Shown: in pieces, positions 28,752 through 39,656 of the stretch
Layout of the letters: each line of letters begins with the position of its first letter
How positions within the stretch are numbered: position 1 is the stretch's first letter
Notes under the pieces: model-generated
Told to the model about the DNA's origin: nothing
The model's input: the letters and a program-made list of their open reading frames with translations, nothing else
Database searches by the model: none
Translations under genes and position numbers: made by a program
Assembly (NCBI GenBank): GCA_020434585.1
Contig: JAGRAN010000007.1
Coordinates: 19,239-83,238 of the forward strand
Direction of reading: 5' to 3'
Source: Bdellovibrionales bacterium
GTDB lineage: Bacteria; Bdellovibrionota_C; UBA2361; SZUA-149; JAGRAN01
Length of the DNA stretch: 64,000 nucleotides

Positions 28752-30293
28752 TCATCCGCCCCCTAAGTCAGTTAGTTCATTTACCGAGATTTGCTTAGGG
28801 GGAGAATAATAGCTAAGTAAATTGGATTCTACGCTTCCAAGATCTTCGTCCAAAGCTAACGCAGGACGTATCAGTTCTGGATCAAGCGGCACGTTGAGTT
28901 GACTGTTCGGAAGGTCTAATGCTGGAACACTCAGCCTTCTAGCGCTCTCAACGCGGCGCTGTAAAAGACTCTGCCAACGTTTCCTATTGGCTTTTCCAGA
29001 TTCCGTTCGTATGGCATCTCCAACTATAAGCTGCGAACATATTTGCTCTAGTGTCCGTTGAATTGCTTTGCTGCCTTCGGTGTAAAACGAGTTGCCAGTT
29101 CCAATCCACCTTTGCGCTTTCTGGTCGAAGCAGAGAGCAGGGAGTGATGCCATTTCCGCATCGAAGTGTTCGCTAAAGCTTAGAAACTCTTTAATGTCTC
29201 GGGGAGAAAGTCCTTTGGTGGCCAGTGTATTCAACAGTATTTTTGGCTGCCCTTGTGCGGGAGAGCCGTTTAGTGCACTACACAGGCGAGACAGCAAATG
29301 CACTGAAGCAGGGTCATTTGACGACACAATCAACCTTCTATCTGCGCGAGACTGAATTGCGTACGAAAGAACGCCCTCCGCTCCGCCAATATCTATCCAA
29401 ACTGCGTCAAACATTTCTTGGAGGATCTCAACCATTTGAAGGGTAAACTCAAATCTTTCAGGGTCGCGAATCCACAGCTCCCTTATCTGACTTCCGTCGT
29501 TGCGGCCGACACTTCCCTCGGCAGGCGGAAGAAGTATATTTATTCCGTTTGGTGCCTGAACAATGCATTTTGTTACGAGTTCAGCGTCAGGAGTCACTCG
29601 GTGCATCAATGCTGATTTGTAGTCCATCGAATGAAGCCGGTCCGCGCCTGCATAAAAGGCGAAGATACTGCTAGGCGAGAGATCCAAAACTACCGACTTT
29701 TTCGCAATCACGTCACTTGCATGCGCAAGCCCTGACACTACACTAGTCGCTCCAACGCCACCTTTCACTCCACAGACGGTGACTAGCTTTCCTCGAGGCT
29801 GGCTAAGTGTCACCGTGCACTGAGTGCTCAATCTATGAACGATTCTATGTGGGTCATCGCCTATTTTCTTGAACTGGTCAGTGGTTATTGCTTGAAACCG
29901 GCTAAGGTTACGAAGCGAGAAATCCGTATCTTCGAAGAATACAAAGACTGGAACTTCAGGATGAGCAGCTCTAATGCTCTTACATACTCGGTACGCGGAT
30001 TCGACTCCTACCTTCCATCCGACAATAACTGCGTCTGGACGGTAGTTGATTTCTACTTCCTCTTTTGAGGCAGTATAGAAAGTGGGGAGTAAGAGATGAC
30101 CGATGCTGTGGTGGCAGCTCGAGTAAAGTACTTCTAGGAACTGCTTTAGCTCCTGCTGGGACACTCTATCATGATCAACACAAGCAATTCTCACTGGTCC
30201 CTCAAAAGGCCAAATGCGGTTTCCTACTAGCGTTATCGACCAGGGTGGACTAATCGTTTCACTACCCCACCTAGCCTCACGGCCCTTTGCCAC
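28752..30293 (-). CDS. tadZ: TadZ/CpaE (ParA/MinD-like ATPase with an N-terminal receiver-like domain)
   Basis: GVKGGVGATSVVSGLA is a deviant Walker A of the MinD/ParA type. The N-terminal 130 aa are REC-like, as in TadZ. The true start may be downstream of 30293. Confidence 0.75.
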   Translation of the reverse strand: MAKGREARWGSETISPPWSITLVGNRIWPFEGPVRIACVDHDRVSQQELKQFLEVLYSSCHHSIGHLLLPTFYTASKEEVEINYRPDAVIVGWKVGVESAYRVCKSIRAAHPEVPVFVFFEDTDFSLRNLSRFQAITTDQFKKIGDDPHRIVHRLSTQCTVTLSQPRGKLVTVCGVKGGVGATSVVSGLAHASDVIAKKSVVLDLSPSSIFAFYAGADRLHSMDYKSALMHRVTPDAELVTKCIVQAPNGINILLPPAEGSVGRNDGSQIRELWIRDPERFEFTLQMVEILQEMFDAVWIDIGGAEGVLSYAIQSRADRRLIVSSNDPASVHLLSRLCSALNGSPAQGQPKILLNTLATKGLSPRDIKEFLSFSEHFDAEMASLPALCFDQKAQRWIGTGNSFYTEGSKAIQRTLEQICSQLIVGDAIRTESGKANRKRWQSLLQRRVESARRLSVPALDLPNSQLNVPLDPELIRPALALDEDLGSVESNLLSYYSPPKQISVNELTDLGGG

Positions 30294-30357
30294 ACGAATT
30301 CAATCCGCGAAACGACTGGTAATATTACGCGATAACCAAAGGAAGGGTTGGGGACCT

Positions 30358-30696
30358 ATGGGGAAACTAAGTAAATTTACTCAGCTGTTATTAAAAGACG
30401 ACCAGAGGATCGTTCAGCAGCTAGATCCATGGTCAATTCAAGTCCTCGCTATTGTGCGCCAGGCAATTCTCGAATTGACCAGCGACTATATGAAACACCG
30501 GCGTTTCCCAATCGCTCAAGCTCCCAGCAAAGAACTCTACTACATGGCAGTTTCAATTACTCTCAGCAGATGGCACGATTGCAGCTCTGAGCTTAATCCG
30601 ATTCCGGAACTCACAGTTAAGGATTTTCTAATTTGGTACGAAAGTGAAGCGATTTTCCTAATCGAATCTCTATTGAAAGAAAACAACCATTCCTAA
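30358..30696 (+). CDS. Hypothetical small protein (112 aa) between tadZ and the M48 peptidase gene
   Basis: The internal Met of ORF 30214..30696 is preceded by GGAAGGGTTGGGG. The protein composition is plausible. Upstream of this Met the ORF is antisense to tadZ. Confidence 0.35.
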   Translation: MGKLSKFTQLLLKDDQRIVQQLDPWSIQVLAIVRQAILELTSDYMKHRRFPIAQAPSKELYYMAVSITLSRWHDCSSELNPIPELTVKDFLIWYESEAIFLIESLLKENNHS

Positions 30697-32675
30697 TGCG
30701 ATCTGGCTAGAATTCCTGGCGGGACTGGGCATCCAATAGAGTCACCTACAGCCCGAATCAGCTCCCCCTCAGATACGGTAACTCGGCCATCAACCACTAC
30801 ACAGCTAGCACAAGCATGCATAATCCGCTCCTTGAGCATCGGAGCAGCTCGCGCAAGCTCATCTAAAACTTTTACCACACGCCTGAGCTCAACGCTTTGC
30901 GCCGGAGAAACGTGCGGGATCACACCTGCATTTAGGCTTTTCATACCGGCTTGATACGCGGCAAGTACGCGATCCTCTGAAATCTCTCCACGCTGAGCTA
31001 ATGCTAATATTAGCTCACTGCACAAAGACACGATCTGCTCAACTTTGCGATACTTGATGCCTACGATCTTGGACCCGTAATAATGCTCATCGCACCTGCG
31101 GCGAATCACTTGATATATTACATACTCCGCCAAAGTTATAACTTCATCTGCTTTGATAAGCTGCTGAGCCGTTTCCGTAAAATTCGAGTACTGCTCCCGA
31201 GACATGCTCATAAGTGCAGGAAGTGACAAATCAACTAACGGAAGGCGGGCCATTTCAGGTAGCTGATATACAAGAGGCAGCAGATGAAGCATGTGACGTA
31301 CTACATGGTCTTCCGCTCGAGCTGTCACTATCGAGACTTGCTTCTGCGCAACTTCATTGCTTCGATCAAACAACATGCAGAATATCAAAGCTCGAACTGA
31401 GTACGGTTCATGAACTGAGTCGCGAATCTCTGCCGGCAAAGTACGCAAAATCTCGCGCGCAACTTCGAGATACTCAGGCGTTAACGTCCCAACCGACATA
31501 ACCAGTTCATCTGGAGATACTTCTACTTTTGTACTCTCTGTAGCAGTCGCAGCACTATTGAATCCGCTCAAACCGGCATAATTTGGGCTAGGGCTGCTAA
31601 CGAACTTTGCACCTCCTGCCTCCACTGCGGCAAAGCGCCCATCAAAACCGGGTTCAATTCTCCTGATTCGATCGATCAAAGGAGGATGAGTCCGCAGCAA
31701 CGCAATAAAACCCTCAGCTAGGCCATTGGCGAAAAAGAAATGGCTGGCTTCTTCGGCGTTGGGATTCTCAATTCGAGATCCCAATTGCAGACCACCCAAC
31801 TTTTTCAGCGCTCCAGATATTCCACCTGGGTTCCTAGTAAACTGAACAGCGGAAGCATCAGCCAAAAACTCCCGCTGGCGCGACACCGCTGCCTTTATCA
31901 GACGGCCGAAGAAAAGCCCGATATAGCCGACAACCATCAAGCCAATTCCTAAAATGAGGAGGTACATATGTCCGCCGCCTCGGTCGCGGTTCGAAGAGTA
32001 ACGAACGCGACCGGTACCACGAAGCATCCAATAACCGAGCATCCAAATTATCAAAATCCCATGGAGCACTCCCGTCAGACGGATGTTAAGACGCATATCC
32101 CCGTTCAAAATGTGGCTGAACTCATGCGCAATCACACCTTGTAGTTCGTCTCGCGACAGTTGCTGAATGCAGCCCCGAGTGACTCCTATTACGGCTTTGT
32201 CTGGCGAAAAACCTGCGGCAAACGCATTGATGCCCAACTCATGATCCATCACAAACACAGGAGGTACCGTCACACCTGACGCGATCGCCATTTCCTCCAC
32301 AACGTTAAGCACAGTGCGCTCGTGATAGTCGTCGGTATTAGGCAAGATCTGGCGTCCCCCCAGATCTTTCGCTATCGCCTCCCCGCCTGAAGCGAGTGCG
32401 ATAACCTTGTAAAGACTGCCAAATGCCACCAGCAAAATAGTGCCTGCAGCCACGCCCCCAAAAACCTCCCAGTCCCAACGCAGATGTAACGCTGGGCTTC
32501 TCGTATGACGCATATTCCCGATGCTGTCTGCCGCCCACTCTAGATGGGTCATCTGAAAAACCACATCGAACAAGAGGTAGATCGCGACAATAATTGCCAG
32601 CACAGCGGCAATAAAATAAAACACCAGTAGCGAGGTCTTCTGACGGGCTTGTTCTTGGCTTTCAAAGAAGTTCAT
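30693..32675 (-). CDS. M48-family zinc metalloprotease (HtpX/Ste24-like) with a long C-terminal extension
   Basis: HEFSHILNGD contains HExxH. TM helices flank the catalytic domain, and about 300 extra C-terminal residues follow. Confidence 0.8.
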   Translation of the reverse strand: MNFFESQEQARQKTSLLVFYFIAAVLAIIVAIYLLFDVVFQMTHLEWAADSIGNMRHTRSPALHLRWDWEVFGGVAAGTILLVAFGSLYKVIALASGGEAIAKDLGGRQILPNTDDYHERTVLNVVEEMAIASGVTVPPVFVMDHELGINAFAAGFSPDKAVIGVTRGCIQQLSRDELQGVIAHEFSHILNGDMRLNIRLTGVLHGILIIWMLGYWMLRGTGRVRYSSNRDRGGGHMYLLILGIGLMVVGYIGLFFGRLIKAAVSRQREFLADASAVQFTRNPGGISGALKKLGGLQLGSRIENPNAEEASHFFFANGLAEGFIALLRTHPPLIDRIRRIEPGFDGRFAAVEAGGAKFVSSPSPNYAGLSGFNSAATATESTKVEVSPDELVMSVGTLTPEYLEVAREILRTLPAEIRDSVHEPYSVRALIFCMLFDRSNEVAQKQVSIVTARAEDHVVRHMLHLLPLVYQLPEMARLPLVDLSLPALMSMSREQYSNFTETAQQLIKADEVITLAEYVIYQVIRRRCDEHYYGSKIVGIKYRKVEQIVSLCSELILALAQRGEISEDRVLAAYQAGMKSLNAGVIPHVSPAQSVELRRVVKVLDELARAAPMLKERIMHACASCVVVDGRVTVSEGELIRAVGDSIGCPVPPGILARSH

Positions 32676-32730
32676 ATGCTGCGCTGCCTGATGGAAACTT
32701 TACCCCCGCCCTATAAAACAGCACGGTCTA

Positions 32731-34965
32731 CTATTGATCAAGGTATGACAGCAGCTTATCTCGAAACTCTTCAAACTGGAGAGGCTTAGCGAGGTAGTCG
32801 TCCATCCCTGCTTCCAAACACCGCTCACGGTCATGATTCAAACTTCCTGCCGTAAGGGCAATAATCGGCACCTTTGCATTATGAAATGATTCTCGGATGA
32901 CGCGAGTCGCTTCATACCCGTCCATTTTCGGCATTTGACAGTCCATAATTATCGCATCGTATGCGACAGCGCGTGCGCGCTGAACTGCCTCCTCTCCGTC
33001 TGCGGCCAAGTCTGCGGTCACCCCGATCCGATCGAGATAGCGCACAAGCAGCCGTTGGTTAACTAGATTATCGTCTACTACTAAAACTACGCTATCCCTT
33101 GGAGCATTCGAACTAGACTCAACAGAATTCTGTGGTTTTATCGCGGAAATCATAATGGTTTCGCGCCTGCTGACATACTCCGAAAGTGCCCCTAATCTTA
33201 GCGGCAGCGTCAGGAAAACCGACTGATCAAATCTGGAATCACCGTCTTTAAGCAAATGTCGCGAACGCATCGAGCTAAGCAGCACGACATTTCGTACCAC
33301 CGGGTGCTTGCCGACGAATTCCCAAATTTCAGCCACCTGCTCAGCTGACACACAACATGCTTGAATATAAATATCTGTAGAGTGTTCTACTTGCCCGGCC
33401 AAACACTGTCTCAATTGTTCGACTGTGCTGCAGTCACAAATTTGAGCCCCCTGCTTGGCTAAATAAAGATCCAAGACTTGTCGCGTAACCCCCGGACGTC
33501 CTACATAGGCAAGTTTGTAGTTCTCAAACTTAGGGAATGAGACCAATTCTGAACCAGCAGCGGGCAGCTGAACATTCACAACGCAGGTAAAAACCGAACC
33601 CACACCAACGTCACTTTCGACCTCAATGTCACCTCCCATGGCAACCGCAAGTCGTTTGCAAATAGAAAGCCCTAATCCTGTTCCGCCGTACTGACGCGTG
33701 GTCGACGCGTCGGCCTGAGTGAAAGCATCAAACAATGTTGCGATTTTTTCTTCAGGAATGCCGATGCCGGTATCCTCAACTGAAATAGCAAGCAGCAGAT
33801 TACTCAACGACCGCTCACGAACCGCCACCCGAATTGCAACACCTCCCTCCGGCGTGAACTTTACGGCGTTATTTGCAAGATTCACTACAATTTGCTTGAT
33901 GCGCGCCGGGTCACCTATTACATTTCGCGGCACATCAGGCTCTACCATTACCCCAAGCTCAACTGACTTCTCGTCAGACAACGGCGACACGATGTAAGCG
34001 GAATCTTCCACCATCTGCAATAAATCAAACTCGACCGATTCAAAATCAACTGCGCCGGCATCGATTTTAGAATAATCCAGAATGTCGTTGATAACGGCTA
34101 AAAGCGCGTCGCCCGACTTACGCACCAACGAAGCAGACTCATACTGTTCTTCATCCAGTGAGGAGTCCATCAGAAGTTCTGTCATACCGATAATGCCATT
34201 TAGCGGCGTGCGTATCTCATGGCTCATATTAGCCAGGAACTCGCTTTTGGCTTGAGTTGCCTGCTCCGCCTGCTCAAGCGCAAGCGCCAACTCGCTGTTA
34301 AGCTTTTTCTGCTCGTCCTTCTCTGCGACTAGGTTTTGAATCAGCGCTTCATTGTCCATTCGCAACAGCAGAGTATTGCCAATGAACTCATTCATCATTT
34401 TCGAAACTCTGAAGAGCGTCACCATGTAGACAACTACCATCATCCCCATAACTGAGTGCATTTCATCGCCAATCATAAAAAACCTTGCTGCAACAGGAGC
34501 GCAAGTCAACACGATGAAGGTCCTAACGCACGGAAGCATTGGAGATAGGGTCGCAACTGCGCCAGTTGAAAGGCCAGCCGCGACAAAAGCCATAAAAACT
34601 TGGAAGCTGAGCTCTTTCGGCCAAAAGACGATTGGCAGCACGCACCACAACCCAGATTGCAGCAGGGCCCAGTAGAAAAATTTTTCTGCCCAAGGTTCAA
34701 AGTCGACAATAGCTGCAACACGCTTTCGAAACGTCATCGTCAACCAAAGTCTACCAGCAGTCGAACCGAGCAACGCAATCAACCAAACGTAAATCCCTCG
34801 GCCAACAAAGGCTCGCGAAAGAACAAACACCAGCAGTATTGCCACAAAAACAGACGCTATCAGCGATGTCCGCGAGGAGTTAAATAGAAGTTTGGTCTGT
34901 TCCCGATAGGCGCTTCGCTGCTGAGCAGATGCATCACTTGGCAAACGCACATCAGGTATCAACAT
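32731..34965 (-). CDS. Hybrid sensor histidine kinase / response regulator with a polytopic membrane sensor domain
   Basis: Roughly 6-7 TM helices at the N-terminus, a coiled coil, H-box [14 protein letters not shown], HATPase_c, and a C-terminal REC domain ([11 protein letters not shown]...[12 protein letters not shown]). Confidence 0.85.
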   Translation of the reverse strand: MLIPDVRLPSDASAQQRSAYREQTKLLFNSSRTSLIASVFVAILLVFVLSRAFVGRGIYVWLIALLGSTAGRLWLTMTFRKRVAAIVDFEPWAEKFFYWALLQSGLWCVLPIVFWPKELSFQVFMAFVAAGLSTGAVATLSPMLPCVRTFIVLTCAPVAARFFMIGDEMHSVMGMMVVVYMVTLFRVSKMMNEFIGNTLLLRMDNEALIQNLVAEKDEQKKLNSELALALEQAEQATQAKSEFLANMSHEIRTPLNGIIGMTELLMDSSLDEEQYESASLVRKSGDALLAVINDILDYSKIDAGAVDFESVEFDLLQMVEDSAYIVSPLSDEKSVELGVMVEPDVPRNVIGDPARIKQIVVNLANNAVKFTPEGGVAIRVAVRERSLSNLLLAISVEDTGIGIPEEKIATLFDAFTQADASTTRQYGGTGLGLSICKRLAVAMGGDIEVESDVGVGSVFTCVVNVQLPAAGSELVSFPKFENYKLAYVGRPGVTRQVLDLYLAKQGAQICDCSTVEQLRQCLAGQVEHSTDIYIQACCVSAEQVAEIWEFVGKHPVVRNVVLLSSMRSRHLLKDGDSRFDQSVFLTLPLRLGALSEYVSRRETIMISAIKPQNSVESSSNAPRDSVVLVVDDNLVNQRLLVRYLDRIGVTADLAADGEEAVQRARAVAYDAIIMDCQMPKMDGYEATRVIRESFHNAKVPIIALTAGSLNHDRERCLEAGMDDYLAKPLQFEEFRDKLLSYLDQ

Positions 34966-34991
34966 CGGATTGATGCTCCGAGAGCTGTAAG

Positions 34992-36785
34992 CTAATCGAT
35001 GGTATCCCAGTCAAACGAACCGTTTTCGAAGATATGATCAGCTAACACCTTCATGTCCTCATCCTCATTTTTCTCAATGCGTCTGAGATTCTGATTCATT
35101 CTGCGCTTCGCTTGCTGGCTAAACGTGTTGGCGATTGCGATCTCATTCACGCAAGACTCACTGCCTCGCTCTTCAATGAGCTTACTAACGCGAGAAAGCA
35201 CCGCGAGACCGACAAATAAATCAATCACAACGTTTGCGATTCTCGACATCGCGAACTGTTTCTCAATAACTTTCTTACCGTGGCGACGCAGAACCATTTC
35301 GGCAGCACGCTCGAGAGCAAGAGTATAGTGTTCAAACACCAATGCTGCATCGGTCAGAGACGGCGGAATGAAATCGACTTTGTCTCGTCCAAGCGAGGTC
35401 AGACGGGTAATCCGCTTAGACGCATATTCGGACATAACTCCGAAACCTTTAATTGGATGGTTAAAGATTCCCGTTACGCTTTCAGACAGATCCTGCAGAT
35501 ATTCTCCGACCTGCTTTAAGCCGCTAAGTGCAATATAGAGACGTAAAATTTCGTTCGTCCCTTCATAGATCATATTAATGCGTGAATCGCGGATGATCAT
35601 TTCATACGGATAATCTTTCATGAACCCGTTGCCGCCTGCGATTTGCAATGCTTCATTGCCGGTTCGCCACATCGCTTCAGTTGCGAACACTTTACAAATA
35701 GCTGCTTCAACTGAAAAATCCTTAACACCATTGTCGATATAGTGGCCCAGCAGAGATACTGCGCTTTCAGCGGCAAAGCAGTCGATCGTCATTTGAGCAA
35801 CTTTTTGCTTAATTAGGCCAAACTCAGAGATGCTCTGTCCGAATTGCTTTCGCTGAGTCGCGTATTCTGAGGCCAGGGCAATCGAGGTCTTCATGCCTCC
35901 GATGCATCCTCCGCCCAACCCCGTGCGGCCGTTGTTAAGAATGTTCATCGCTATTTTGAAGCCTTTCCCCTCTTCGCCAAGCAGATTCTCAGCGGGGACA
36001 AGCACATTGTCGAACATGACGCTCGACGTGGCAGATGCTCTGATTCCAAGTTTGTCTTCTTTATTGCCGACGCTTACCCCATCCCAGGCCCGCTCAACTA
36101 AAAATGCAGAAATCTTTCCTTTCTCACTATCGGTGCGAGCGAAGACGGTATAAAAATCAGCGATTGGTCCGTTGGTAATCCAAATTTTCTCACCGCTCAG
36201 TCGCCATGTTCCGTCATCCTGCTTTTCCGCATGCGTCGAAACCGAAGCAGCGTCAGATCCAGAGCCGGGCTCAGTCAGGCAAAACGCTCCTATCATTTCT
36301 CCGGATGCTAGTCGCGGTAGATAATGTCGCTTCTGTTCGTCGGTTCCAAACAGAATTACACCCTTAATTCCGATTGAACTATGTGCGCCGATAGTAAGAG
36401 ACGTGGAAGCGTCGTACCTACTAGTCTGCTGCAGCACTCTCGAGTAAGCACAGCTGGAAAGTCCGAGCCCGCCGTACTCTTCAGGCACCACTAGGCCAAA
36501 CAGACCGAGCTCTTTTAATGATTGAATGTATTCGGGCGGCTGCGCGCCAACCTTATCAAACTCGCGAAACTCCTCTTCGCGACCTTGCATAAACTTGTCG
36601 ATTGATTCGAGGATTATCCGCACCGTTTCGGCTTCTTCTGGATGAAGAGCGGGAAAGGGAAATAGATTTTCTTCTACTATCTCACCGAGGAACAGAGATT
36701 TTGCGGCGCTCGCTTCTACGTCGAGCTCAGCCGATCGCGAATCTTCCGGCGGCAGTTTTGCGTCTTGTGTCTCAGCCATTAGCAA
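34992..36785 (-). CDS. Acyl-CoA dehydrogenase (long form with a C-terminal extension)
   Basis: The N-terminal, middle beta-barrel and C-terminal helical domains of the ACAD family are present, including a conserved FAD-binding region (YEGTNEI). 597 aa. Confidence 0.85.
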   Translation of the reverse strand: MLMAETQDAKLPPEDSRSAELDVEASAAKSLFLGEIVEENLFPFPALHPEEAETVRIILESIDKFMQGREEEFREFDKVGAQPPEYIQSLKELGLFGLVVPEEYGGLGLSSCAYSRVLQQTSRYDASTSLTIGAHSSIGIKGVILFGTDEQKRHYLPRLASGEMIGAFCLTEPGSGSDAASVSTHAEKQDDGTWRLSGEKIWITNGPIADFYTVFARTDSEKGKISAFLVERAWDGVSVGNKEDKLGIRASATSSVMFDNVLVPAENLLGEEGKGFKIAMNILNNGRTGLGGGCIGGMKTSIALASEYATQRKQFGQSISEFGLIKQKVAQMTIDCFAAESAVSLLGHYIDNGVKDFSVEAAICKVFATEAMWRTGNEALQIAGGNGFMKDYPYEMIIRDSRINMIYEGTNEILRLYIALSGLKQVGEYLQDLSESVTGIFNHPIKGFGVMSEYASKRITRLTSLGRDKVDFIPPSLTDAALVFEHYTLALERAAEMVLRRHGKKVIEKQFAMSRIANVVIDLFVGLAVLSRVSKLIEERGSESCVNEIAIANTFSQQAKRRMNQNLRRIEKNEDEDMKVLADHIFENGSFDWDTID

Positions 36786-36887
36786 CCTCGCTGGGATGTA
36801 AGAATAACTAAATTAAACTCATACCCTACATCTTGTAACCTACACTATATATTATACGGGGTGTGCCGGATCCCTACAAGCTGTGTC

Positions 36888-37856
36888 CTAAATTGAGCTC
36901 AAGACAAAATCCAGCGCCCTAAGCTCCGACCCATAGCTTCCACCTGACCCAAATGCGACAAACCCGTTGTGGCCTCCGTGGCGCGGGGTTTCGAGGAAGA
37001 CAAACTCGCTGCGCTGCACTTCTGTAGACGGATAGCACCCAGGTCCAAGAAACGGATCATCAGCAGCGTTCAGCATCAGGGCAGGAACACGAATCGAGGA
37101 TAGGAACTGCTTCGAGCTGCACTTGCGCCAATACTCCTCGGCGCTGCCAAACCCATGAACAGGGGCTGTATAAAAGTCGTCGAACTCAGCAAACGTGCGC
37201 ATAGAATTCACGGCAGCGTAATTCAAAGCGTCCGGAAATTGCTCGCGCTTACGCTGCATCTTAGCGCGCAAAAATCTCATGAAGCGCGCCATGTAGAGAG
37301 TGTTCGACGCCAACTCCAGACAATCAGCGCTCTCTTTTAAGTCGCAAGGTACTGAAATTGCCACCGCAGCGTCTACTAAGCTGGGACCATTCTCCCCCTC
37401 TTCTCCGAGGAATTTTAGAACTACATTGCCGCCAAGGCTGAAGCCGACTAGCACAAGCTGCTGATAACTACCTGCAGATTTTATCATTGGCAGTAGCTCC
37501 CGCAAATCTGCGGTTGCTCCGCTGTGATACGACTTAAGCAAGCGGTTCGGTTCGCCGCTGCAGCCTCTAAAATTAAAGCAAGCTACATCGAAACCGCTGC
37601 TGCTAAATGTTCTGGTCATGCCTCGCATGTACCAAGTGTCGGAGCTACCTTCTAAGCCATGAAACAAAACCGCCAGCTTAGAGTTGCTGTTGCGAAGCCA
37701 GTCAATATCCACGAAATCACCATCTGAAGTCTCGTATCGTTCGCGCTTGCAGGATGGCTGGCTAAGTCGTCGACAAAGTGTTGGGAAAATCGTCTGAATG
37801 TGACCGTTGCGAAACAGGAGCGGCGCCTGATAGTTGGATTGTTCGATAAGGGGCAT
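36888..37856 (-). CDS. Alpha/beta-hydrolase (YheT/ABHD1-3-like)
   Basis: GFSLGGN is a GxSxG nucleophile elbow. The domain order matches COG0429-type hydrolases. Confidence 0.7.
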   Translation of the reverse strand: MPLIEQSNYQAPLLFRNGHIQTIFPTLCRRLSQPSCKRERYETSDGDFVDIDWLRNSNSKLAVLFHGLEGSSDTWYMRGMTRTFSSSGFDVACFNFRGCSGEPNRLLKSYHSGATADLRELLPMIKSAGSYQQLVLVGFSLGGNVVLKFLGEEGENGPSLVDAAVAISVPCDLKESADCLELASNTLYMARFMRFLRAKMQRKREQFPDALNYAAVNSMRTFAEFDDFYTAPVHGFGSAEEYWRKCSSKQFLSSIRVPALMLNAADDPFLGPGCYPSTEVQRSEFVFLETPRHGGHNGFVAFGSGGSYGSELRALDFVLSSI

Positions 37857-38114
37857 CTGGAGTTGCGTACTGGCGTTGGTTAGACTGCTGGCAGCCCAAA
37901 CATACGATCTACACCCCAGCTAGGGAAGCAACGACTACCAAATTTTTGGTAATCCGAGTCCGAAAACTAGTCCTAAAATACCGCAAAGACCCCACCAAGC
38001 GAGGGGGAGTCGAATCGGTGCGTCTGAGGAGGCTTGATTTTTACTTTCTGTATCCACTGCTATGCTACAACTCCAAAATCATCTACATAAACAGGAGTCG
38101 GCACGAGCTTCGGA

Positions 38115-39284
38115 TTGCTTTATAAATCGACTCGTTTCGATCAATTTAGAGATCAGTTCTCTTCCAGAATGCGTATTCTACATGTCTCAAGTCTGATCGA
38201 ACCGCTTGCTGTCACGCCACTCGGCGGCACTGAACAGCTTATTTGGGAGTTGTCCAAACTACAGGCTGCTGACGGACACGCAGTCGAGGTCATCGCTGTG
38301 CAAGGTTCGAAGCTAGCTGATGGTGTCACGTTTAGAGATTTGAGCATCAAACGCGACAGCGTCATCAGATTAAGCACTGAGCCAGCCAATATTCCTGCAG
38401 ACACGGGGAAAATAGCTGAAATCATTGAGAGAGAACGTACTGCCTTCACACCTGTGCTCAATTTCATTCGCCAAAATAGTGAGAGCATCGACGTAATACA
38501 CAATCATTCGTACGATTACACAGCGTTGTTTGGGCTGAACGAACTGGGCATTCCAACTGTCCACACACTGCATCTTCCGCCAAATTACAGTTGGATAAAC
38601 GAGGCTTTTCGAGCGCATGCGTCCGCACCCCACATTAGATATGTCGTCGTCTCACGCGCGATGCAGCGCGCTTACGTCGACGCAATGGCGAAAGACTTTC
38701 GACTGATACCGAATTGGATCGACTGCTCCAGTATAGAGTTCGGCGATCATCCTGACGATTTGCTGCTGTGGGTAGGTCGGGTCTCACCCGAGAAGGGCCT
38801 CGATCGCGCCATACGAATTTCACAGCTCATTGGTAAAAAGCTGCTCGCGATTGGGCCAGTTTACGATGATGATTATTACCGCAGTGTCATTCTGCCGCTG
38901 CTTACGCGAAGCACCACAGATTATGTCGGTGCAAAACCCCGCCATTACGTTCTGGATCAAATGGGAAAAGCCCGGGCCTTAATTGCTCCGATCTCTTGGG
39001 AAGAACCCTTTGGTCTTGTTTTCGTCGAGTCGCTGGCAAGCGGCACCCCAGTTGTGGTCAGCCCACGGGGAGCAGCTCTCGAGATCATCGAAGAGGGGGC
39101 AAACGGCTTTTTAGCCATTTCAGATGAAGATTTCGCCTCCTCAATCGAAAAGTTAGATGAAATTTCTCGAAGCTATTGCAGGCAATCTGTGGAAACTCGT
39201 TTCAATCCCAGTGTCTCATTGGGAAAGTATTACGAGCTGTACCGTGAGCTAGCGGATTGCCGACCACCGTCAATGCAAAAATAA
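38115..39284 (+). CDS. Glycosyltransferase family 4 (GT-B fold)
   Basis: EPFGLVFVESLASGTPVV is the EX7E motif. The start is more likely the Met of MRILHVSS at about 38169. Confidence 0.8.
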   Translation: MLYKSTRFDQFRDQFSSRMRILHVSSLIEPLAVTPLGGTEQLIWELSKLQAADGHAVEVIAVQGSKLADGVTFRDLSIKRDSVIRLSTEPANIPADTGKIAEIIERERTAFTPVLNFIRQNSESIDVIHNHSYDYTALFGLNELGIPTVHTLHLPPNYSWINEAFRAHASAPHIRYVVVSRAMQRAYVDAMAKDFRLIPNWIDCSSIEFGDHPDDLLLWVGRVSPEKGLDRAIRISQLIGKKLLAIGPVYDDDYYRSVILPLLTRSTTDYVGAKPRHYVLDQMGKARALIAPISWEEPFGLVFVESLASGTPVVVSPRGAALEIIEEGANGFLAISDEDFASSIEKLDEISRSYCRQSVETRFNPSVSLGKYYELYRELADCRPPSMQK

Positions 39285-39466
39285 AACGGTAAACAATTTC
39301 AGCAGCTTAAAAATTCGCACCGTGCAGACGTGAAATACGCGTCCGAGCCAAACCTTATCAACAGTATGTTCGCATAGTCGGTAACTTCCTAAAGAGAAAG
39401 TTGATTTCATTCACAATGATATCAACAGACCTGTATACAACATTTTGTGTTGACACTCATATGTAG

Positions 39467-39482
39467 GCACAATATCTTGTGG
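39467..39482. promoter_or_regulatory. Putative NrdR box upstream of nrdA (gCACAATATcTTGTGg)
   Basis: A near-perfect 16-bp palindrome matching the NrdR-box consensus acaCwAtATaTwGtgt, about 175 bp upstream of nrdA. A weaker second candidate cCACAAgATgTTGgg lies at 39578-39593. Confidence 0.35.
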
Positions 39483-39656
39483 CTAGGTTGGCACGGTTAA
39501 CAAAGGGTTTAAGGCTTCAAAAGTTAGGAAAATCAACACCATACCATAGTTTTATGGACGAGCAGCGCTCAGAGGCGCCCCACAAGATGTTGGGAGGCGG
39601 CTTTGTGCGCGTTTATTGGTGTGTAGAAATCCATCAGGCGGAAGGGAACGATTGAT

